From the sequence record JX128259: a DNA stretch of 64,000 nt. One strand, 5' to 3'. Of the stretch, positions 20,225-38,562 are shown piece by piece. A program made the position numbers and the translations under genes. The stretch's first letter is position 1, and every line of letters begins with the position of its first letter. The notes under the pieces are model-generated. The model was given only the letters and a program-made list of their open reading frames with translations, searched no databases and was not told the origin of the DNA. Source of the stretch: Escherichia phage ECML-134.

Positions 20225-21091
20225 ATGTTCATTCAAGAACCAAAGAAATTGATTGATACCGGCGAAATTGGTAACGCTTCTACTGGTGATATCTTATTCG
20301 ACGGTGGTAATAAAATTAATAGTGATTTTAACGCAATTTATAATGCGTTTGGCGATCAGCGTAAAATGGCAGTAGCAAATGGCACTGGAGCAGATGGTCA
20401 AATTATCCATGCTACTGGATATTATCAAAAACACTCTATTGCGGAGTACGCAACTCCAGTAAAAGTTGGCACTAGACATGATATTGATACCTCTACTGTA
20501 GGTGTTAAAGTTATCATTGAAAGAGGCGAACTTGGCGACTGCGTTGAATTTATTAATTCAAATGGATCTATATCAGTTACTAATCCTTTAACAATTCAAG
20601 CTATTGATTCAATTAAAGGTGTTTCGGGTAATTTAGTAGTAACTAGTCCATATAGTAAAGTAACTTTACGCTGTATTTCATCTGATAATTCTACATCGGT
20701 TTGGAATTATTCTATTGAAAGTATGTTTGGGCAAAAGGAATCACCAGCTGAAGGTACATGGAATATTTCTACGTCCGGATCAGTTGATATTCCACTATTT
20801 CATCGCACTGAATATAATATGGCTAAATTGCTAGTTACGTGCCAATCGGTAGATGGAAGAAAAATTAAAACGGCAGAAATAAATATTCTTGTAGATACTG
20901 TTAATTCAGAAGTCATTTCTTCTGAATATGCTGTCATGCGAGTTGGAAATGAAACAGAAGAAGACGAAATCGCTAATATTGCATTTAGTATTAAAGAAAA
21001 TTATGTAACGGCAACTATAAGTTCTTCAACTGTCGGTATGAGAGCAGCAGTTAAAGTTATCGCTACGCAGAAAATCGGGGTGGCTCAATAA
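20225..21091 (+). CDS. 9: gp9 baseplate protein (long tail fibre socket)
   Basis: 288 aa; T4 order and size. Confidence 0.85.
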   Translation: MFIQEPKKLIDTGEIGNASTGDILFDGGNKINSDFNAIYNAFGDQRKMAVANGTGADGQIIHATGYYQKHSIAEYATPVKVGTRHDIDTSTVGVKVIIERGELGDCVEFINSNGSISVTNPLTIQAIDSIKGVSGNLVVTSPYSKVTLRCISSDNSTSVWNYSIESMFGQKESPAEGTWNISTSGSVDIPLFHRTEYNMAKLLVTCQSVDGRKIKTAEINILVDTVNSEVISSEYAVMRVGNETEEDEIANIAFSIKENYVTATISSSTVGMRAAVKVIATQKIGVAQ

Positions 21092-22896
21092 TGAAACAAA
21101 ATATTAATATCGGTAATGTTGTAGATGATGGTACCGGTGACTACCTGCGTAAAGGTGGTATAAAAATAAATGAAAACTTTGATGAGCTTTATTACGAGCT
21201 TGGTGATGGAGATGTTCCATATTCAGCCGGTGCCTGGAAAACTTATAATGCTTCATCAGGACAAACATTAACAGCAGAATGGGGAAAATCATATGCCATT
21301 AATACTTCGTCTGGAAGAGTAACTCTACAACTTCCTAAAGGAACTGTTAATGATTACAACAAGGTAATTAGAGCTAGAGACGTATTCGCTACATGGAACA
21401 TCAATCCAGTTACACTAGTAGCTGCTTCCGGAGATACAATTAAAGGGTCGTCATCGTCAGTTGAAATTAATATTCAATTTAGTGATTTAGAGCTCGTTTA
21501 TTGCGCTCCAGGACGCTGGGAGTATGTCAAAAATAAGCAAATTGATAAAATTATTAGTTCAGACATTAGTAATGTAGCTCGTAAAGAATTTTTAGTCGAA
21601 GTTCAAGGGCAAACAGACTTTTTAGATGTTTTTAATGGAACTAGTTATAATGCCAATAACATCAGAGTAAAACATCGTGGTAACGAATTGTATTACGGTG
21701 ATGTATTTAGCGAAAACAGTGACTTTGGCTCTCCGGGCGAAAATGAAGGCGAATTAGTTCCTCTTGATGGATTTAATATTCGATTAAGACAGCCTTGTAA
21801 TATTGGTGACACCGTTCAAATTGAAACATTTATGGATGGTGTATCACAATGGAGAAGTTCATATACAAGACGCCAAATAAAAGTACTGGATTCAAAACTA
21901 ACGTCAAAAACTTCTTTAGAAGGAAGTATTTACGTTACTGATTTATCAACAATGAAATCAATTCCATTCTCTGCATTTGGATTAATTCCTGGAGAACCCA
22001 TTAATCCTAACTCTCTTGAGGTTCGTTTTAATGGAATTTTACAGCAGCAGGCTGGAACAGCTGGATATCCTCTGTTTTTGTGTGAAGGCGCTAATTCAGA
22101 TACGCAAGAAGGATGTATATCTCTTGGTGGCGAATGGAAAGAATCAAACACCGATTATTCTATAGAATATGAAGACGGAAAACCTATCAGTCTTTTATTT
22201 GATAGAAAATTTGAATCCGGTGACATTATCGTTATAACATGGTTCAATAATGATTTAGGAACTCTTTTAGAAAAAGATGACATCATTGAATTGACTGATG
22301 ATCGTTATGTTAGTAAAGGATCATCTACTGAAGTTACTGGTGATGTGGCCTTAACAGATTTTGATAAAATCGGTTGGCCAAATGTTGAAAAAGTTGATTC
22401 TTATACTAGAACGTATAATTCAATATCATCTATTTTCGACAGCATTTATCCTGTTGGTTCAATTTATGAAAATGCTATAAACCCAAATAATCCGGTGACT
22501 TATATGGGATTTGGTTCATGGAAATTATTTGGTAAAGGACAAGTTTTAGTAGGATGGAATGATGATGTTACGGATCCAAACTTTGCTTTAAACAATAATG
22601 ATTTAGATTCTAGCGGAAATCCTTCACATACTGCCGGTGGAACGGTTGGAACAACATCAGTAACGCTTGAAAACGCAAATCTTCCTGCAACTAAAACCGA
22701 CGAAAGAGTTTTAATTGAAGACGAAAATGGATCGGTTATTATTGGAGGTTGCCAATATGACCCAGATGAAACTGGTCCTATATATACAAAATATCGTGAA
22801 GACTACGCAACAACAAACTCTTCACATACTCCTCCTGCTAATATTAGTAATATTCAACCGTCTATTACTGTATACCGTTGGATAAGGATTGCATAA
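21091..22896 (+). CDS. 10: gp10 baseplate wedge protein
   Basis: 601 aa; T4 order and size. Confidence 0.85.
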   Translation: MKQNINIGNVVDDGTGDYLRKGGIKINENFDELYYELGDGDVPYSAGAWKTYNASSGQTLTAEWGKSYAINTSSGRVTLQLPKGTVNDYNKVIRARDVFATWNINPVTLVAASGDTIKGSSSSVEINIQFSDLELVYCAPGRWEYVKNKQIDKIISSDISNVARKEFLVEVQGQTDFLDVFNGTSYNANNIRVKHRGNELYYGDVFSENSDFGSPGENEGELVPLDGFNIRLRQPCNIGDTVQIETFMDGVSQWRSSYTRRQIKVLDSKLTSKTSLEGSIYVTDLSTMKSIPFSAFGLIPGEPINPNSLEVRFNGILQQQAGTAGYPLFLCEGANSDTQEGCISLGGEWKESNTDYSIEYEDGKPISLLFDRKFESGDIIVITWFNNDLGTLLEKDDIIELTDDRYVSKGSSTEVTGDVALTDFDKIGWPNVEKVDSYTRTYNSISSIFDSIYPVGSIYENAINPNNPVTYMGFGSWKLFGKGQVLVGWNDDVTDPNFALNNNDLDSSGNPSHTAGGTVGTTSVTLENANLPATKTDERVLIEDENGSVIIGGCQYDPDETGPIYTKYREDYATTNSSHTPPANISNIQPSITVYRWIRIA

Positions 22897-23555
22897 TGAG
22901 TTTACTTAATAATAAAGCGGGAGTTATTTCCCGCTTAGCAGATTTTCTTGGTTTTAGAACTAAGAAAAATGATATTTCGGTTATGAATAATCAGCCAGTA
23001 GGCGCTGTGACAATTTCACAAATAGCAAAAGGTTTTTATGACCCAAATGTAGAATCTGCTATTAATGATGTTAGAAATATGGCAGAGCAACAGGTTGGAG
23101 CTGTATTAGTTAATATAAGCGGCGTATCTCCTACTGGCGTGCAGCAGACAGACTATTGGTCATTTGAAGGAACTGTTACTGATACTTCAGCCAAACCAGG
23201 TGACCCAGTTATTGTTAACATGTTTGGTATTCCAGTTAAAGCTACTAATGGAATGACTTCAATCGAATTCACAAGTGCCGTTAGAACAGCTCTACAGGAA
23301 ATGGTTGCAAAATTTATTGCAATTGATTCATTTGAAGACCATCCTACCATAGGAAATAAAATACAAGTTAAGTATTTAGATAACCAAGAACATATCTTAG
23401 AACAATACTCCGATAAAGGAATTACTTTCAAACAAGAAATAATTTCTCCTTCTAAACCTGGATATGGAACTTGGCAATTATTGGGTGCGCAAACTGTTAC
23501 GCTAGATAGTCACACACAACCTACAGTATTTTATTATTTTGAGAGAATAGCATGA
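22896..23555 (+). CDS. 11: gp11 baseplate protein (short tail fibre attachment)
   Basis: 219 aa from [10 protein letters not shown]; ATGA overlap with the gene 10 stop. Confidence 0.8.
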   Translation: MSLLNNKAGVISRLADFLGFRTKKNDISVMNNQPVGAVTISQIAKGFYDPNVESAINDVRNMAEQQVGAVLVNISGVSPTGVQQTDYWSFEGTVTDTSAKPGDPVIVNMFGIPVKATNGMTSIEFTSAVRTALQEMVAKFIAIDSFEDHPTIGNKIQVKYLDNQEHILEQYSDKGITFKQEIISPSKPGYGTWQLLGAQTVTLDSHTQPTVFYYFERIA

Positions 23556-25102
23556 GTAATAATACATATCAGCACGTATCAAATGAATCAAAATATGTTA
23601 AATTCGATCCAGTAGGATCGAATTTTCCTGACACTGTTACGACAGTGCAGTCTGCATTATCAAAAATAAGTAATATTGGCGTAAATGGTATTCCTGATGC
23701 AACTATGGAAGTTAAAGGAATAGCAATGATTGCGTCAGAGCAAGAGGTTTTAGATGGAACTAATAATTCTAAAATCGTTACACCCGCTACATTAGCAACA
23801 AGATTATTGTATCCAAATGCTACTGAAACTAAATATGGTTTAACACGCTATTCAACAAATGAAGAAACGTTAGAAGGCTCAGATAATAATTCATCAATAA
23901 CACCACAAAAACTGAAATACCACACTGACGATGTGTTCCAAAATAGATATTCGTCTGAGTCGTCAAACGGGGTTATTAAAATATCATCTACACCTGCAGC
24001 TTTGGCTGGAGTTGATGATACTACGGCAATGACTCCATTAAAAACCCAAAAACTTGCAATAAAATTAATTTCACAAATAGCTCCTTCCGAAGATACTGCA
24101 TCAGAATCTGTGAGAGGTGTAGTTCAATTATCTACTGTTGCGCAAACTCGTCAAGGAACTCTCCGCGAAGGATATGCAATTTCTCCGTATACCTTTATGA
24201 ATTCTGTTGCAACACAAGAATATAAGGGTGTTATACGTTTAGGAACACAATCGGAAATTAACAGTAATTTAGGAGATGTTGCAGTAACAGGTGAAACATT
24301 AAATGGTCGAGGAGCTACTGGTTCTATGCGTGGAGTAGTTAAATTAACGACGCAAGCCGGTATTGCCCCCGAAGGTGATGGCTCTGGAGCATTAGCATGG
24401 AACGCAGATGTAATTAATACTCGCGGTGGACAAACTATTAACGGTTCTTTAAATTTAGACCATCTTACAGCAAATGGAATTTGGTCACGCGGCGGTATGT
24501 GGAAAAATGGCGATCAACCTGTTGCCACTGAAAGATATGCGTCCGAAAGGGTTCCAGTTGGAACTATTATGATGTTTGCGGGTGATTCTGCACCTCCAGG
24601 TTGGATTATGTGTCATGGTGGAACTGTGTCAGGAGACCAATATCCTGATTATAGAAACACAGTTGGAGCAAGATTTGGTGGTGATTGGAATAACCCCGGC
24701 ATTCCTGATATGAGAGGTCTTTTCGTTAGAGGAGCTGGAACAGGCGGTCATATTTTAAATCAACGAGGACAAGATGGTTACGGGAAGGATAGACTTGGCG
24801 TAGGATGTGACGGAATGCATGTTGGTGGTGTCCAGGCACAACAAATGTCATACCATAAACACGCTGGTGGATGGGGAGAATACCAAAGACATGAAGCTCC
24901 ATTTGGCGCGTCCGTTTATCAAGGATATCTTGGAACTAGAAAATATTCCGACTGGGATAATGCTTCATACTTCACTAATGATGGATTTGAATTAGGTGGA
25001 CCGAGAGATGCCCTTGGTACACTTAATCGTGAAGGATTAATTGGTTATGAAACTAGACCATGGAATATATCATTAAACTATATTATTAAAATTCATTACT
25101 AA
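23552..25102 (+). CDS. 12: gp12 short tail fibre
   Basis: 516 aa; repetitive beta-rich sequence; C-terminal His-rich region [14 protein letters not shown]. Confidence 0.85.
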   Translation: MSNNTYQHVSNESKYVKFDPVGSNFPDTVTTVQSALSKISNIGVNGIPDATMEVKGIAMIASEQEVLDGTNNSKIVTPATLATRLLYPNATETKYGLTRYSTNEETLEGSDNNSSITPQKLKYHTDDVFQNRYSSESSNGVIKISSTPAALAGVDDTTAMTPLKTQKLAIKLISQIAPSEDTASESVRGVVQLSTVAQTRQGTLREGYAISPYTFMNSVATQEYKGVIRLGTQSEINSNLGDVAVTGETLNGRGATGSMRGVVKLTTQAGIAPEGDGSGALAWNADVINTRGGQTINGSLNLDHLTANGIWSRGGMWKNGDQPVATERYASERVPVGTIMMFAGDSAPPGWIMCHGGTVSGDQYPDYRNTVGARFGGDWNNPGIPDMRGLFVRGAGTGGHILNQRGQDGYGKDRLGVGCDGMHVGGVQAQQMSYHKHAGGWGEYQRHEAPFGASVYQGYLGTRKYSDWDNASYFTNDGFELGGPRDALGTLNREGLIGYETRPWNISLNYIIKIHY

Positions 25103-25111
25103 GGATTACAA

Positions 25112-26569
25112 ATGATTGAATTAAAAGATTTACCTTTTGTTGATAGCGTTCCTGGCGAAGGTCAGGAACGTATTTCATGGATTAAAAATGGTGAAGAAAT
25201 ACTAGGAGCTAGTACTAAGTATGGAAACGATGGATCAATGAATAGACCAACTGTTTCTGTGTTTAAAAACGTCGAGGTTCTTGATGAAAATGTGGGAATT
25301 CTTAAAACTGCCATTGAAACATCGCAGAAAGATATTAAAACAATTCAAGGAGTTTTAGATGTATCAGGAGATATAGAAGCACTATCGCAGATCAGTGTTA
25401 ATAAAAATGACATATCAAATTTAAAGACACTTACTAATGAACACACTGATATATTAACTGGAACTAATAATACAGTTGACAAAATTATTGCTGATATAGG
25501 TCCATTTAATGATGAAGAAAATTCTGTTTATAGAACAATTAGAAATGATTTATTGTGGATTAAACAGGAATTAGGACAATATTCTGGCCAAGATATTAAC
25601 GGTCTTCCTGTTGTTGGTAATGCTAGCACAGGAATGAAACACAGAATAATAACAAATAGTACATTATTATCTTCACAAGGCATTCGTTTAAGCGAATTAG
25701 AAAATAAATTTACTGAATCTGACGTAGGATCATTAACTGTTGAAGTTGGTAAATTACGTGATGAACTTGGTAATAAACCGGTAGATTTTGGACCAAATAT
25801 TTATAATAGATTAAACACTATAGATGATAAACAAACTTTAATAAATTCTGATATAGCAGAAATTAAATCTTCTATTGGATACCCAGAAAATGTTTCTATA
25901 ATAACAGAAATTAATAATAACAAAAGTAGCATTGAATCTATTAATAATGAATTAAATCAGAGTGAAGGTGTTAAACAGCGCTTAACGGCTATTGAAACTT
26001 CTATAGGTTCAGATGATATTCCTTCTAGTATTAAAGGAAAAATTAAAAATCACACAACTTCTATTGAGTCTTTAAACGGAATTGTTGGTGAAAACACTTC
26101 GTCTGGTTTAAGAGCGAATGTTTCGTGGTTAAATCAAATTGTTGGAACTGACTCCAGCGGAGGACAACCGTCTCCTTCTGGATCTCTATTAAATAAAGTT
26201 TCAGTGCTTGAAGGAGAAGTTTCAGTTTTAAACAATAATGTTCAAAATATACAAGTTGAAATAGGAAATAATAGAACAGGAATTAAAGGTCAAGTTATTG
26301 AACTTACTTCACTTATAAATGGAAATAATCCTGACGGATCAACTGTTGAAGAACGAGGATTAACTAATTCTGTAAAAACGAATGAAACCAACATTGCGGC
26401 AGTCACACATGAAGTAAATACAGCTAAAGACAATATATCCTCTTTACAGAGCAGCGTTCAAGCTCTACAAGAAGCAGGTTATATTCCTGAAGCTCCAAAA
26501 GATGGCCAAGCTTACGTTCGTAAAGACGGCGAATGGGTACTACTTTCTACCTTTTTATCACCAGCATAA
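25112..26569 (+). CDS. wac: fibritin (whisker) with C-terminal foldon
   Basis: 485 aa coiled-coil repeats; C-terminal foldon [27 protein letters not shown]. Confidence 0.9.
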   Translation: MIELKDLPFVDSVPGEGQERISWIKNGEEILGASTKYGNDGSMNRPTVSVFKNVEVLDENVGILKTAIETSQKDIKTIQGVLDVSGDIEALSQISVNKNDISNLKTLTNEHTDILTGTNNTVDKIIADIGPFNDEENSVYRTIRNDLLWIKQELGQYSGQDINGLPVVGNASTGMKHRIITNSTLLSSQGIRLSELENKFTESDVGSLTVEVGKLRDELGNKPVDFGPNIYNRLNTIDDKQTLINSDIAEIKSSIGYPENVSIITEINNNKSSIESINNELNQSEGVKQRLTAIETSIGSDDIPSSIKGKIKNHTTSIESLNGIVGENTSSGLRANVSWLNQIVGTDSSGGQPSPSGSLLNKVSVLEGEVSVLNNNVQNIQVEIGNNRTGIKGQVIELTSLINGNNPDGSTVEERGLTNSVKTNETNIAAVTHEVNTAKDNISSLQSSVQALQEAGYIPEAPKDGQAYVRKDGEWVLLSTFLSPA

Positions 26570-26572
26570 CAT

Positions 26573-26588
26573 GGGGCCGCAAGGCCCC
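26573..26588 (+). other. GNRA-loop RNA hairpin after wac (GGGGCC-GCAA-GGCCCC)
   Basis: perfect 6-bp GC stem with GCAA loop, no U-run. Confidence 0.4.
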
Positions 26589-26600
26589 AAAGGATTTTAA

Positions 26601-28302
<1,702 letters not shown>

Positions 28303-28343
28303 TAAATATTATAAACTAATTAAAGCCCAGATTAGGAGAAATC

Positions 28344-31481
<3,138 letters not shown>

Positions 31482-31512
31482 ATATATTAAAGCATATTAA
31501 AGAGGATTAAAA

Positions 31513-33492
31513 ATGACTTTATTATCTCCGGGCATTGAGCTCAAAGAAACTACGGTTCAAAGCACCGTGGTTAATAACTCTACTGGTACAGCAGCTTTGG
31601 CCGGTAAATTCCAGTGGGGTCCTGCTTTTCAGATTAAACAGGTTACAAATGAAGTAGATTTAGTTAATACTTTTGGTCAACCAACCGCTGAAACTGCTGA
31701 CTATTTTATGTCTGCGATGAATTTCTTGCAGTACGGAAATGACTTACGAGTAGTTCGTGCTGTTGATAGAGATACCGCTAAAAACTCATCACCAATTGCT
31801 GGTAATATTGAATACACAATTTCTACCCCAGGTAGTAACTACGCGGTTGGAGATAAAATCACGGTCAAATATGTTTCAGACGATATTGAAACTGAAGGTA
31901 AAATTACTGAAGTAGACGCAGATGGAAAAATTAAGAAAATTAATATTCCTACTGCAAAAATTATCGCTAAAGCGAAAGAAGTAGGTGAATACCCGGAATT
32001 AGGTTCTAACTGGACTGCGGAAATTTCTTCGTCTTCCTCTGGTTTAGCTGCAGTAATAACCCTTGGAAAAATTATTACTGATTCTGGTATTTTATTGGCT
32101 GAAATTGAAAATGCTGAAGCTGCTATGACAGCGGTTGACTTTCAAGCAAATCTCGAAAAATACGGAATTCCAGGAGTAGTAGCTCTTTATCCAGGCGAAT
32201 TAGGCGATAAAATTGAAATTGAAATCGTATCTAAAGCTGACTATGCAAAAGGAGCTTCTGCATTACTCCCAATTTATCCAGGTGGTGGTACTCGTGCATC
32301 TACTGCCAAAGCAGTGTTTGGATATGGACCGCAAACTGATTCACAGTATGCTATTATAGTTCGTCGTAATGATGCTATTGTTCAAAGCGTTGTTCTTTCA
32401 ACTAAGCGTGGTGAAAAAGATATTTACGATAGTAACATCTATATCGATGACTTTTTCGCAAAAGGTGGTTCAGAATATATTTTTGCAACTGCACAAAACT
32501 GGCCAGAAGGCTTCTCTGGAATTTTAACTCTGTCTGGTGGATTATCATCAAATGCTGAAGTAACAGCAGGAGATTTGATGGAAGCTTGGGACTTTTTTGC
32601 TGACCGTGAATCTGTTGACGTTCAACTGTTTATTGCGGGTTCTTGTGCCGGTGAATCTTTAGAAACAGCATCTACTGTCCAAAAACATGTTGTTTCAATC
32701 GGGGATGCTCGTCAAGATTGCTTAGTATTGTGTTCTCCTCCGCGCGAAACTGTAGTTGGAATTCCTGTAACTCGTGCTGTTGATAACTTAGTCAATTGGA
32801 GAACTGCAGCAGGTTCATACACTGATAATAATTTTAATATCAGTTCAACCTATGCAGCAATCGACGGCAACTACAAATATCAGTATGACAAATATAATGA
32901 TGTGAATCGTTGGGTTCCATTAGCAGCTGATATTGCTGGTTTATGCGCAAGAACTGATAACGTATCTCAGACTTGGATGTCTCCAGCTGGTTATAATCGT
33001 GGCCAAATTTTGAACGTTATTAAACTTGCTATTGAAACTCGCCAGGCTCAGCGTGACCGTTTATACCAAGAAGCTATCAACCCAGTAACTGGTACAGGTG
33101 GTGATGGTTACGTATTGTATGGTGATAAAACAGCTACTTCTGTTCCTTCTCCATTTGATCGTATTAACGTTCGTCGTCTGTTTAATATGTTGAAAACGAA
33201 TATCGGACGTAGTTCAAAATATCGTTTGTTCGAATTAAACAACGCGTTTACTCGTTCATCATTCCGCACAGAAACTGCCCAATACTTACAGGGAATTAAA
33301 GCTCTCGGTGGAATTTATGAATATCGTGTAGTTTGCGATACAACAAATAACACTCCGTCAGTAATTGATAGAAATGAGTTTGTTGCAACATTCTACATCC
33401 AACCGGCTCGTAGTATAAATTATATCCAACTTAATTTCGTCGCAACTGCTACTGGTGCAGATTTTGATGAGTTAACTGGTCTTGCAGGTTAA
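31513..33492 (+). CDS. 18: gp18 contractile tail sheath protein
   Basis: 659 aa; T4 order and size. Confidence 0.9.
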   Translation: MTLLSPGIELKETTVQSTVVNNSTGTAALAGKFQWGPAFQIKQVTNEVDLVNTFGQPTAETADYFMSAMNFLQYGNDLRVVRAVDRDTAKNSSPIAGNIEYTISTPGSNYAVGDKITVKYVSDDIETEGKITEVDADGKIKKINIPTAKIIAKAKEVGEYPELGSNWTAEISSSSSGLAAVITLGKIITDSGILLAEIENAEAAMTAVDFQANLEKYGIPGVVALYPGELGDKIEIEIVSKADYAKGASALLPIYPGGGTRASTAKAVFGYGPQTDSQYAIIVRRNDAIVQSVVLSTKRGEKDIYDSNIYIDDFFAKGGSEYIFATAQNWPEGFSGILTLSGGLSSNAEVTAGDLMEAWDFFADRESVDVQLFIAGSCAGESLETASTVQKHVVSIGDARQDCLVLCSPPRETVVGIPVTRAVDNLVNWRTAAGSYTDNNFNISSTYAAIDGNYKYQYDKYNDVNRWVPLAADIAGLCARTDNVSQTWMSPAGYNRGQILNVIKLAIETRQAQRDRLYQEAINPVTGTGGDGYVLYGDKTATSVPSPFDRINVRRLFNMLKTNIGRSSKYRLFELNNAFTRSSFRTETAQYLQGIKALGGIYEYRVVCDTTNNTPSVIDRNEFVATFYIQPARSINYIQLNFVATATGADFDELTGLAG

Positions 33493-33499
33493 TTGATAA

Positions 33500-33513
33500 G
33501 GGGCTTCGGCCCC
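33500..33513 (+). other. C(UUCG)G stable hairpin after gene 18
   Basis: GGGGC-TTCG-GCCCC. Confidence 0.45.
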
Positions 33514-33530
33514 TATTCTCGAGGAATCAA

Positions 33531-34136
33531 GTGATTATTTCTAAGTTTGTTACAATAAAACCAAGAAATCATTCAAAAATGTGGTCGACAATTCTGGGAT
33601 ATAAAGTATCATATCATGATACAGTATCTGTTCCAATAGAATTAATGCCAAAGAATAGTAATAAAATAGTTGACGCTAAATGTGATTTGTGTGGTATTAA
33701 ATTTAGTAGAAGCATTCAGCTTTTAAATAGAACACCAACGCATGCATGTAGAAAATGTAGCATTAAACAAGTTGCTATTAAAAATTCGGAAGTTCAATCT
33801 GGAATAAGTAGACCATGGCAAAGAGGTGATAAACATCCTCGATGGACTGGTAAAAGAAAAGAGTTTGCATTATATGCTAGTAGAGTTCATTCTATAACTA
33901 AGTCAGCTAAAATAAGAAAAATCTGGTCAAAATGGCCAAATGCTGATAAAATAGGAGTGTGTGGCGTAGAAGGTGCTTACCAACTCGATCATAAAGTATC
34001 TATCAAATATGGATTTGATAATTTAATTCCGCCGGAAATTATAGCAAGCGTAAAAAATTTAGAAATAATCACTTGGGAATCTAACCGAGAAAAGTCAAAA
34101 AGAAATAGCGTAGATCTTTGGGATTTACTAGAATGA
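33531..34136 (+). CDS. HNH-family homing endonuclease (Mob-like) inserted between genes 18 and 19
   Basis: 201 aa; possible GTG start with GAGG upstream; Cys4 pattern CDLC...CRKC; HNH-like motif LDHKVSIKYGFDNL...N...WESNREK. Confidence 0.6.
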   Translation: MIISKFVTIKPRNHSKMWSTILGYKVSYHDTVSVPIELMPKNSNKIVDAKCDLCGIKFSRSIQLLNRTPTHACRKCSIKQVAIKNSEVQSGISRPWQRGDKHPRWTGKRKEFALYASRVHSITKSAKIRKIWSKWPNADKIGVCGVEGAYQLDHKVSIKYGFDNLIPPEIIASVKNLEIITWESNREKSKRNSVDLWDLLE

Positions 34137-34161
34137 TTCTAAAGGCCTGTTTCGGCAGGCC

Positions 34162-34169
34162 ATATAAAT
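34162..34169 (+). promoter_or_regulatory. late promoter TATAAATA (first of two copies upstream of gene 19)
   Basis: exact TATAAATA immediately after the HNH ORF. Confidence 0.45.
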
Positions 34170-34220
34170 ACACTATATCCTTAATTCTTTAATTCTATAT
34201 GCCCTAGGTTAAACATAGGG

Positions 34221-34228
34221 ATATAAAT
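34221..34228 (+). promoter_or_regulatory. late promoter TATAAATA for gene 19
   Basis: exact TATAAATA 16 nt upstream of GAGG and the ATG at 34244. Confidence 0.6.
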
Positions 34229-34243
34229 ACTACAGAGGCTAAT

Positions 34244-34735
34244 ATGTTTGTAGATGATGTAACACGAGCGTTTGAATCTGGTGATTTTGCTCGACCTAAC
34301 TTATTCCAAGTAGAAATTTCTTATCTTGGACAAAATTTTACGTTTCAATGTAAAGCCACTGCTTTACCAGCTGGTATTGTAGAAAAAATTCCAGTCGGAT
34401 TTATGAACCGTAAAATTAACGTAGCAGGCGATCGTACATTCGATGACTGGACTATTACAGTAATGAATGATGAGGCGCATGATGCACGCCAGAAGTTTGT
34501 TGACTGGCAAAGCATTGCTGCGGGGCAAGGAAACGAAATTACTGGTGGAAAACCTGCAGAGTATAAAAAGAGTGCTATTGTACGCCAATATGCTCGTGAC
34601 GCTAAAACTGTAACAAAAGAAGTCGAAATTAAAGGCCTGTGGCCTACTAACGTGGGTGAACTTCAGTTAGATTGGGATTCAAACAATGAAATCCAAACCT
34701 TTGAAGTAACTCTCGCTCTCGATTATTGGGAATAA
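34244..34735 (+). CDS. 19: gp19 tail tube protein
   Basis: 163 aa; T4 order and size. Confidence 0.9.
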   Translation: MFVDDVTRAFESGDFARPNLFQVEISYLGQNFTFQCKATALPAGIVEKIPVGFMNRKINVAGDRTFDDWTITVMNDEAHDARQKFVDWQSIAAGQGNEITGGKPAEYKKSAIVRQYARDAKTVTKEVEIKGLWPTNVGELQLDWDSNNEIQTFEVTLALDYWE

Positions 34736-34767
34736 AATGAATGGGGAGAAATCCCCATCCTGCTTAA

Positions 34768-36392
<1,625 letters not shown>

Positions 36393-36393
<1 letters not shown>

Positions 36394-36641
36394 TGGAAGG
36401 TTTAATTGAAGCTATTAAATCAAACGACCTCGTAGCCGCTCGTAAATTATTTGCTGAAGCCATGGCTGCAAGAACGATTGATTTAATTAAAGAAGAAAAA
36501 ATCGCTATCGCTCGTAATTTCTTAATCGAAGGTGAAGAACCTGAAGACGAGGATGATGACGAAGACGAAGATAGTGATGATAAAGACGACAAAAAAGACA
36601 AAGACTCTGACGAAGATGACGAAGACGAGGATGATGAATAA
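36393..36641 (+). CDS. 67: gp67 prohead core protein (acidic C-terminus)
   Basis: 82 aa; D/E-rich tail; T4 order. Confidence 0.8.
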
Positions 36642-37066
36642 TGCTTCTGATCCCTGAAACTCATGAATTAGTTCTCGAGAATGTCGAAGCACTTATTCCT
36701 GAAGCACAGGGTCGCTTTGACGAATTGTCTTCTGCTTTAGATAAAGACGATATAAATACAATTGTCGAGAATATGCTTGATGATGAAACTGATTTAGCAG
36801 TTGCATTAGCTTCTATTAATGAAAATATGCCGTTAAATGAATTCATTGTTAAGCACGTTTCAGCTCGTGGTGAAATTACACGTACTAAAGACCGCAAGAC
36901 GCGTGAACGTAATGCATTTCAAACCACCGGGCTGTCTAAAGCAAAACGTAGACAAATTGCTCGCAAAGCTACCAAAACGAAGATTGCCAATCCAGCAGGT
37001 CAATCTCGTGCTCAGCGTAAGCGTAAAAAAGCTCTTAAACGCCGTAAAGCATTAGGATTAAGCTAA
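36641..37066 (+). CDS. 68: gp68 prohead core protein
   Basis: 141 aa; T4 order. Confidence 0.8.
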   Translation: MLLIPETHELVLENVEALIPEAQGRFDELSSALDKDDINTIVENMLDDETDLAVALASINENMPLNEFIVKHVSARGEITRTKDRKTRERNAFQTTGLSKAKRRQIARKATKTKIANPAGQSRAQRKRKKALKRRKALGLS

Positions 37067-37704
37067 TGAATGAACCCCAATTACTAATTGAAACTTGGGG
37101 TCAACCTGGCGAAATTATTGATGGTGTGCCAATGCTTGAATCCCACGATGGAAAAGACCTAGGCTTAAAACCTGGTTTATACATCGAAGGAATATTCATG
37201 CAAGCAGAAGTCGTCAATAGAAATAAACGTCTTTATCCAAAACGCATATTAGAAAAAGCGGTAAAAGACTATATTAATGAGCAAGTTTTAACTAAACAAG
37301 CTCTCGGAGAATTAAATCATCCTCCACGCGCTAATGTTGACCCGATGCAAGCCGCTATCATTATAGAAGATATGTGGTGGAAAGGAAATGACGTATACGG
37401 ACGAGCTCGTGTTATTGAAGGTGACCATGGTCCTGGAGATAAATTAGCAGCTAATATTCGTGCCGGATGGATTCCAGGAGTTTCTTCTCGTGGATTAGGT
37501 TCATTGACTGACACAAATAAAGGTTATCGTATCGTAAACGAAGGATTCAAATTAACTGTAGGTGTTGATGCAGTATGGGGTCCAAGTGCTCCAGATGCAT
37601 GGGTAACTCCTAAGGAAATTACCGAATCACAGACGGCGGAAGCCGATACAAGTGCCGATGACGCCTATATGGCTCTCGCAGAGGCCATGAAAAAAGCGTT
37701 ATAA
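37066..37704 (+). CDS. 21: gp21 prohead core protease
   Basis: 212 aa; T4 order and size. Confidence 0.85.
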   Translation: MNEPQLLIETWGQPGEIIDGVPMLESHDGKDLGLKPGLYIEGIFMQAEVVNRNKRLYPKRILEKAVKDYINEQVLTKQALGELNHPPRANVDPMQAAIIIEDMWWKGNDVYGRARVIEGDHGPGDKLAANIRAGWIPGVSSRGLGSLTDTNKGYRIVNEGFKLTVGVDAVWGPSAPDAWVTPKEITESQTAEADTSADDAYMALAEAMKKAL

Positions 37705-37707
37705 ATA
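37700..37707 (+). promoter_or_regulatory. late promoter TATAAATA for gene 22
   Basis: exact TATAAATA 28 nt upstream of the ATG at 37735. Confidence 0.55.
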
Positions 37708-37734
37708 TTATTATCTAAACAACAGGACTACAAA

Positions 37735-38544
37735 ATGCTTAAAGAACAACTGATTGCCGAAGCGCAAAAAATTGATGCTTCCGTTGCTCTTGATAGTATT
37801 TTCGAATCAGTTAATATTTCTCCGGAAGCAAAAGAAACTTTCGGCACTGTATTCGAAGCTACCGTCAAGCAGCACGCCGTTAAATTAGCTGAATCTCATA
37901 TCGCTAAAATTGCTGAAAAAGCAGAAGAAGAAGTAGAAAAAAATAAAGAAGAAGCCGAAGAAAAAGCCGAGAAGAAAATCGCTGAGCAAGCTTCTAAATT
38001 CATTGACCATCTTGCGAAAGAATGGCTCGCTGAAAATAAATTAGCAGTTGATAAAGGCATCAAAGCCGAACTGTTTGAATCCATGCTTGGTGGATTAAAA
38101 GAGCTCTTTGTTGAACACAACGTTGTTGTTCCAGAAGAATCAGTTGATGTTGTAGCTGAAATGGAAGAAGAGCTGCAAGAACATAAAGAAGAATCAGCTC
38201 GTCTGTTCGAAGAACTCAATATGCGCGACGCATATATCAATTATGTGCAGCGTGAAGTGGCATTGAGCGAAAGTACTAAAGATCTGACTGAGTCTCAAAA
38301 AGAAAAAGTCTCTGCTCTGGTCGAAGGTATGGATTATTCAGATGCATTCTCAAGTAAATTGAGTGCCATCGTAGAAATGGTGAAGAAGTCTAATAAAGAT
38401 GAAAGCACTATTACTGAGGGTATAAATACTCCTGATACTGAAGCAGCCGGACTGAATTTCGTCACTGAAGCTGTAGAAGATAAAGCTGCACCTGGTGCAG
38501 AAGATATTGTAAGTGTATATGCGAAAGTCGCATCTCGTTTCTAA
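37735..38544 (+). CDS. 22: gp22 prohead core scaffold protein
   Basis: 269 aa helical E/K-rich protein; T4 order. Confidence 0.85.
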   Translation: MLKEQLIAEAQKIDASVALDSIFESVNISPEAKETFGTVFEATVKQHAVKLAESHIAKIAEKAEEEVEKNKEEAEEKAEKKIAEQASKFIDHLAKEWLAENKLAVDKGIKAELFESMLGGLKELFVEHNVVVPEESVDVVAEMEEELQEHKEESARLFEELNMRDAYINYVQREVALSESTKDLTESQKEKVSALVEGMDYSDAFSSKLSAIVEMVKKSNKDESTITEGINTPDTEAAGLNFVTEAVEDKAAPGAEDIVSVYAKVASRF

Positions 38545-38562
38545 TTTTAAAGGTTAACACAA

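Noticed and set aside
37896-38240. Minus-strand Ser-rich 114-aa ORF
   Set aside because: Lies wholly inside the gp22 scaffold gene on the opposite strand; antisense artefact of the E/K/A-rich coding sequence.
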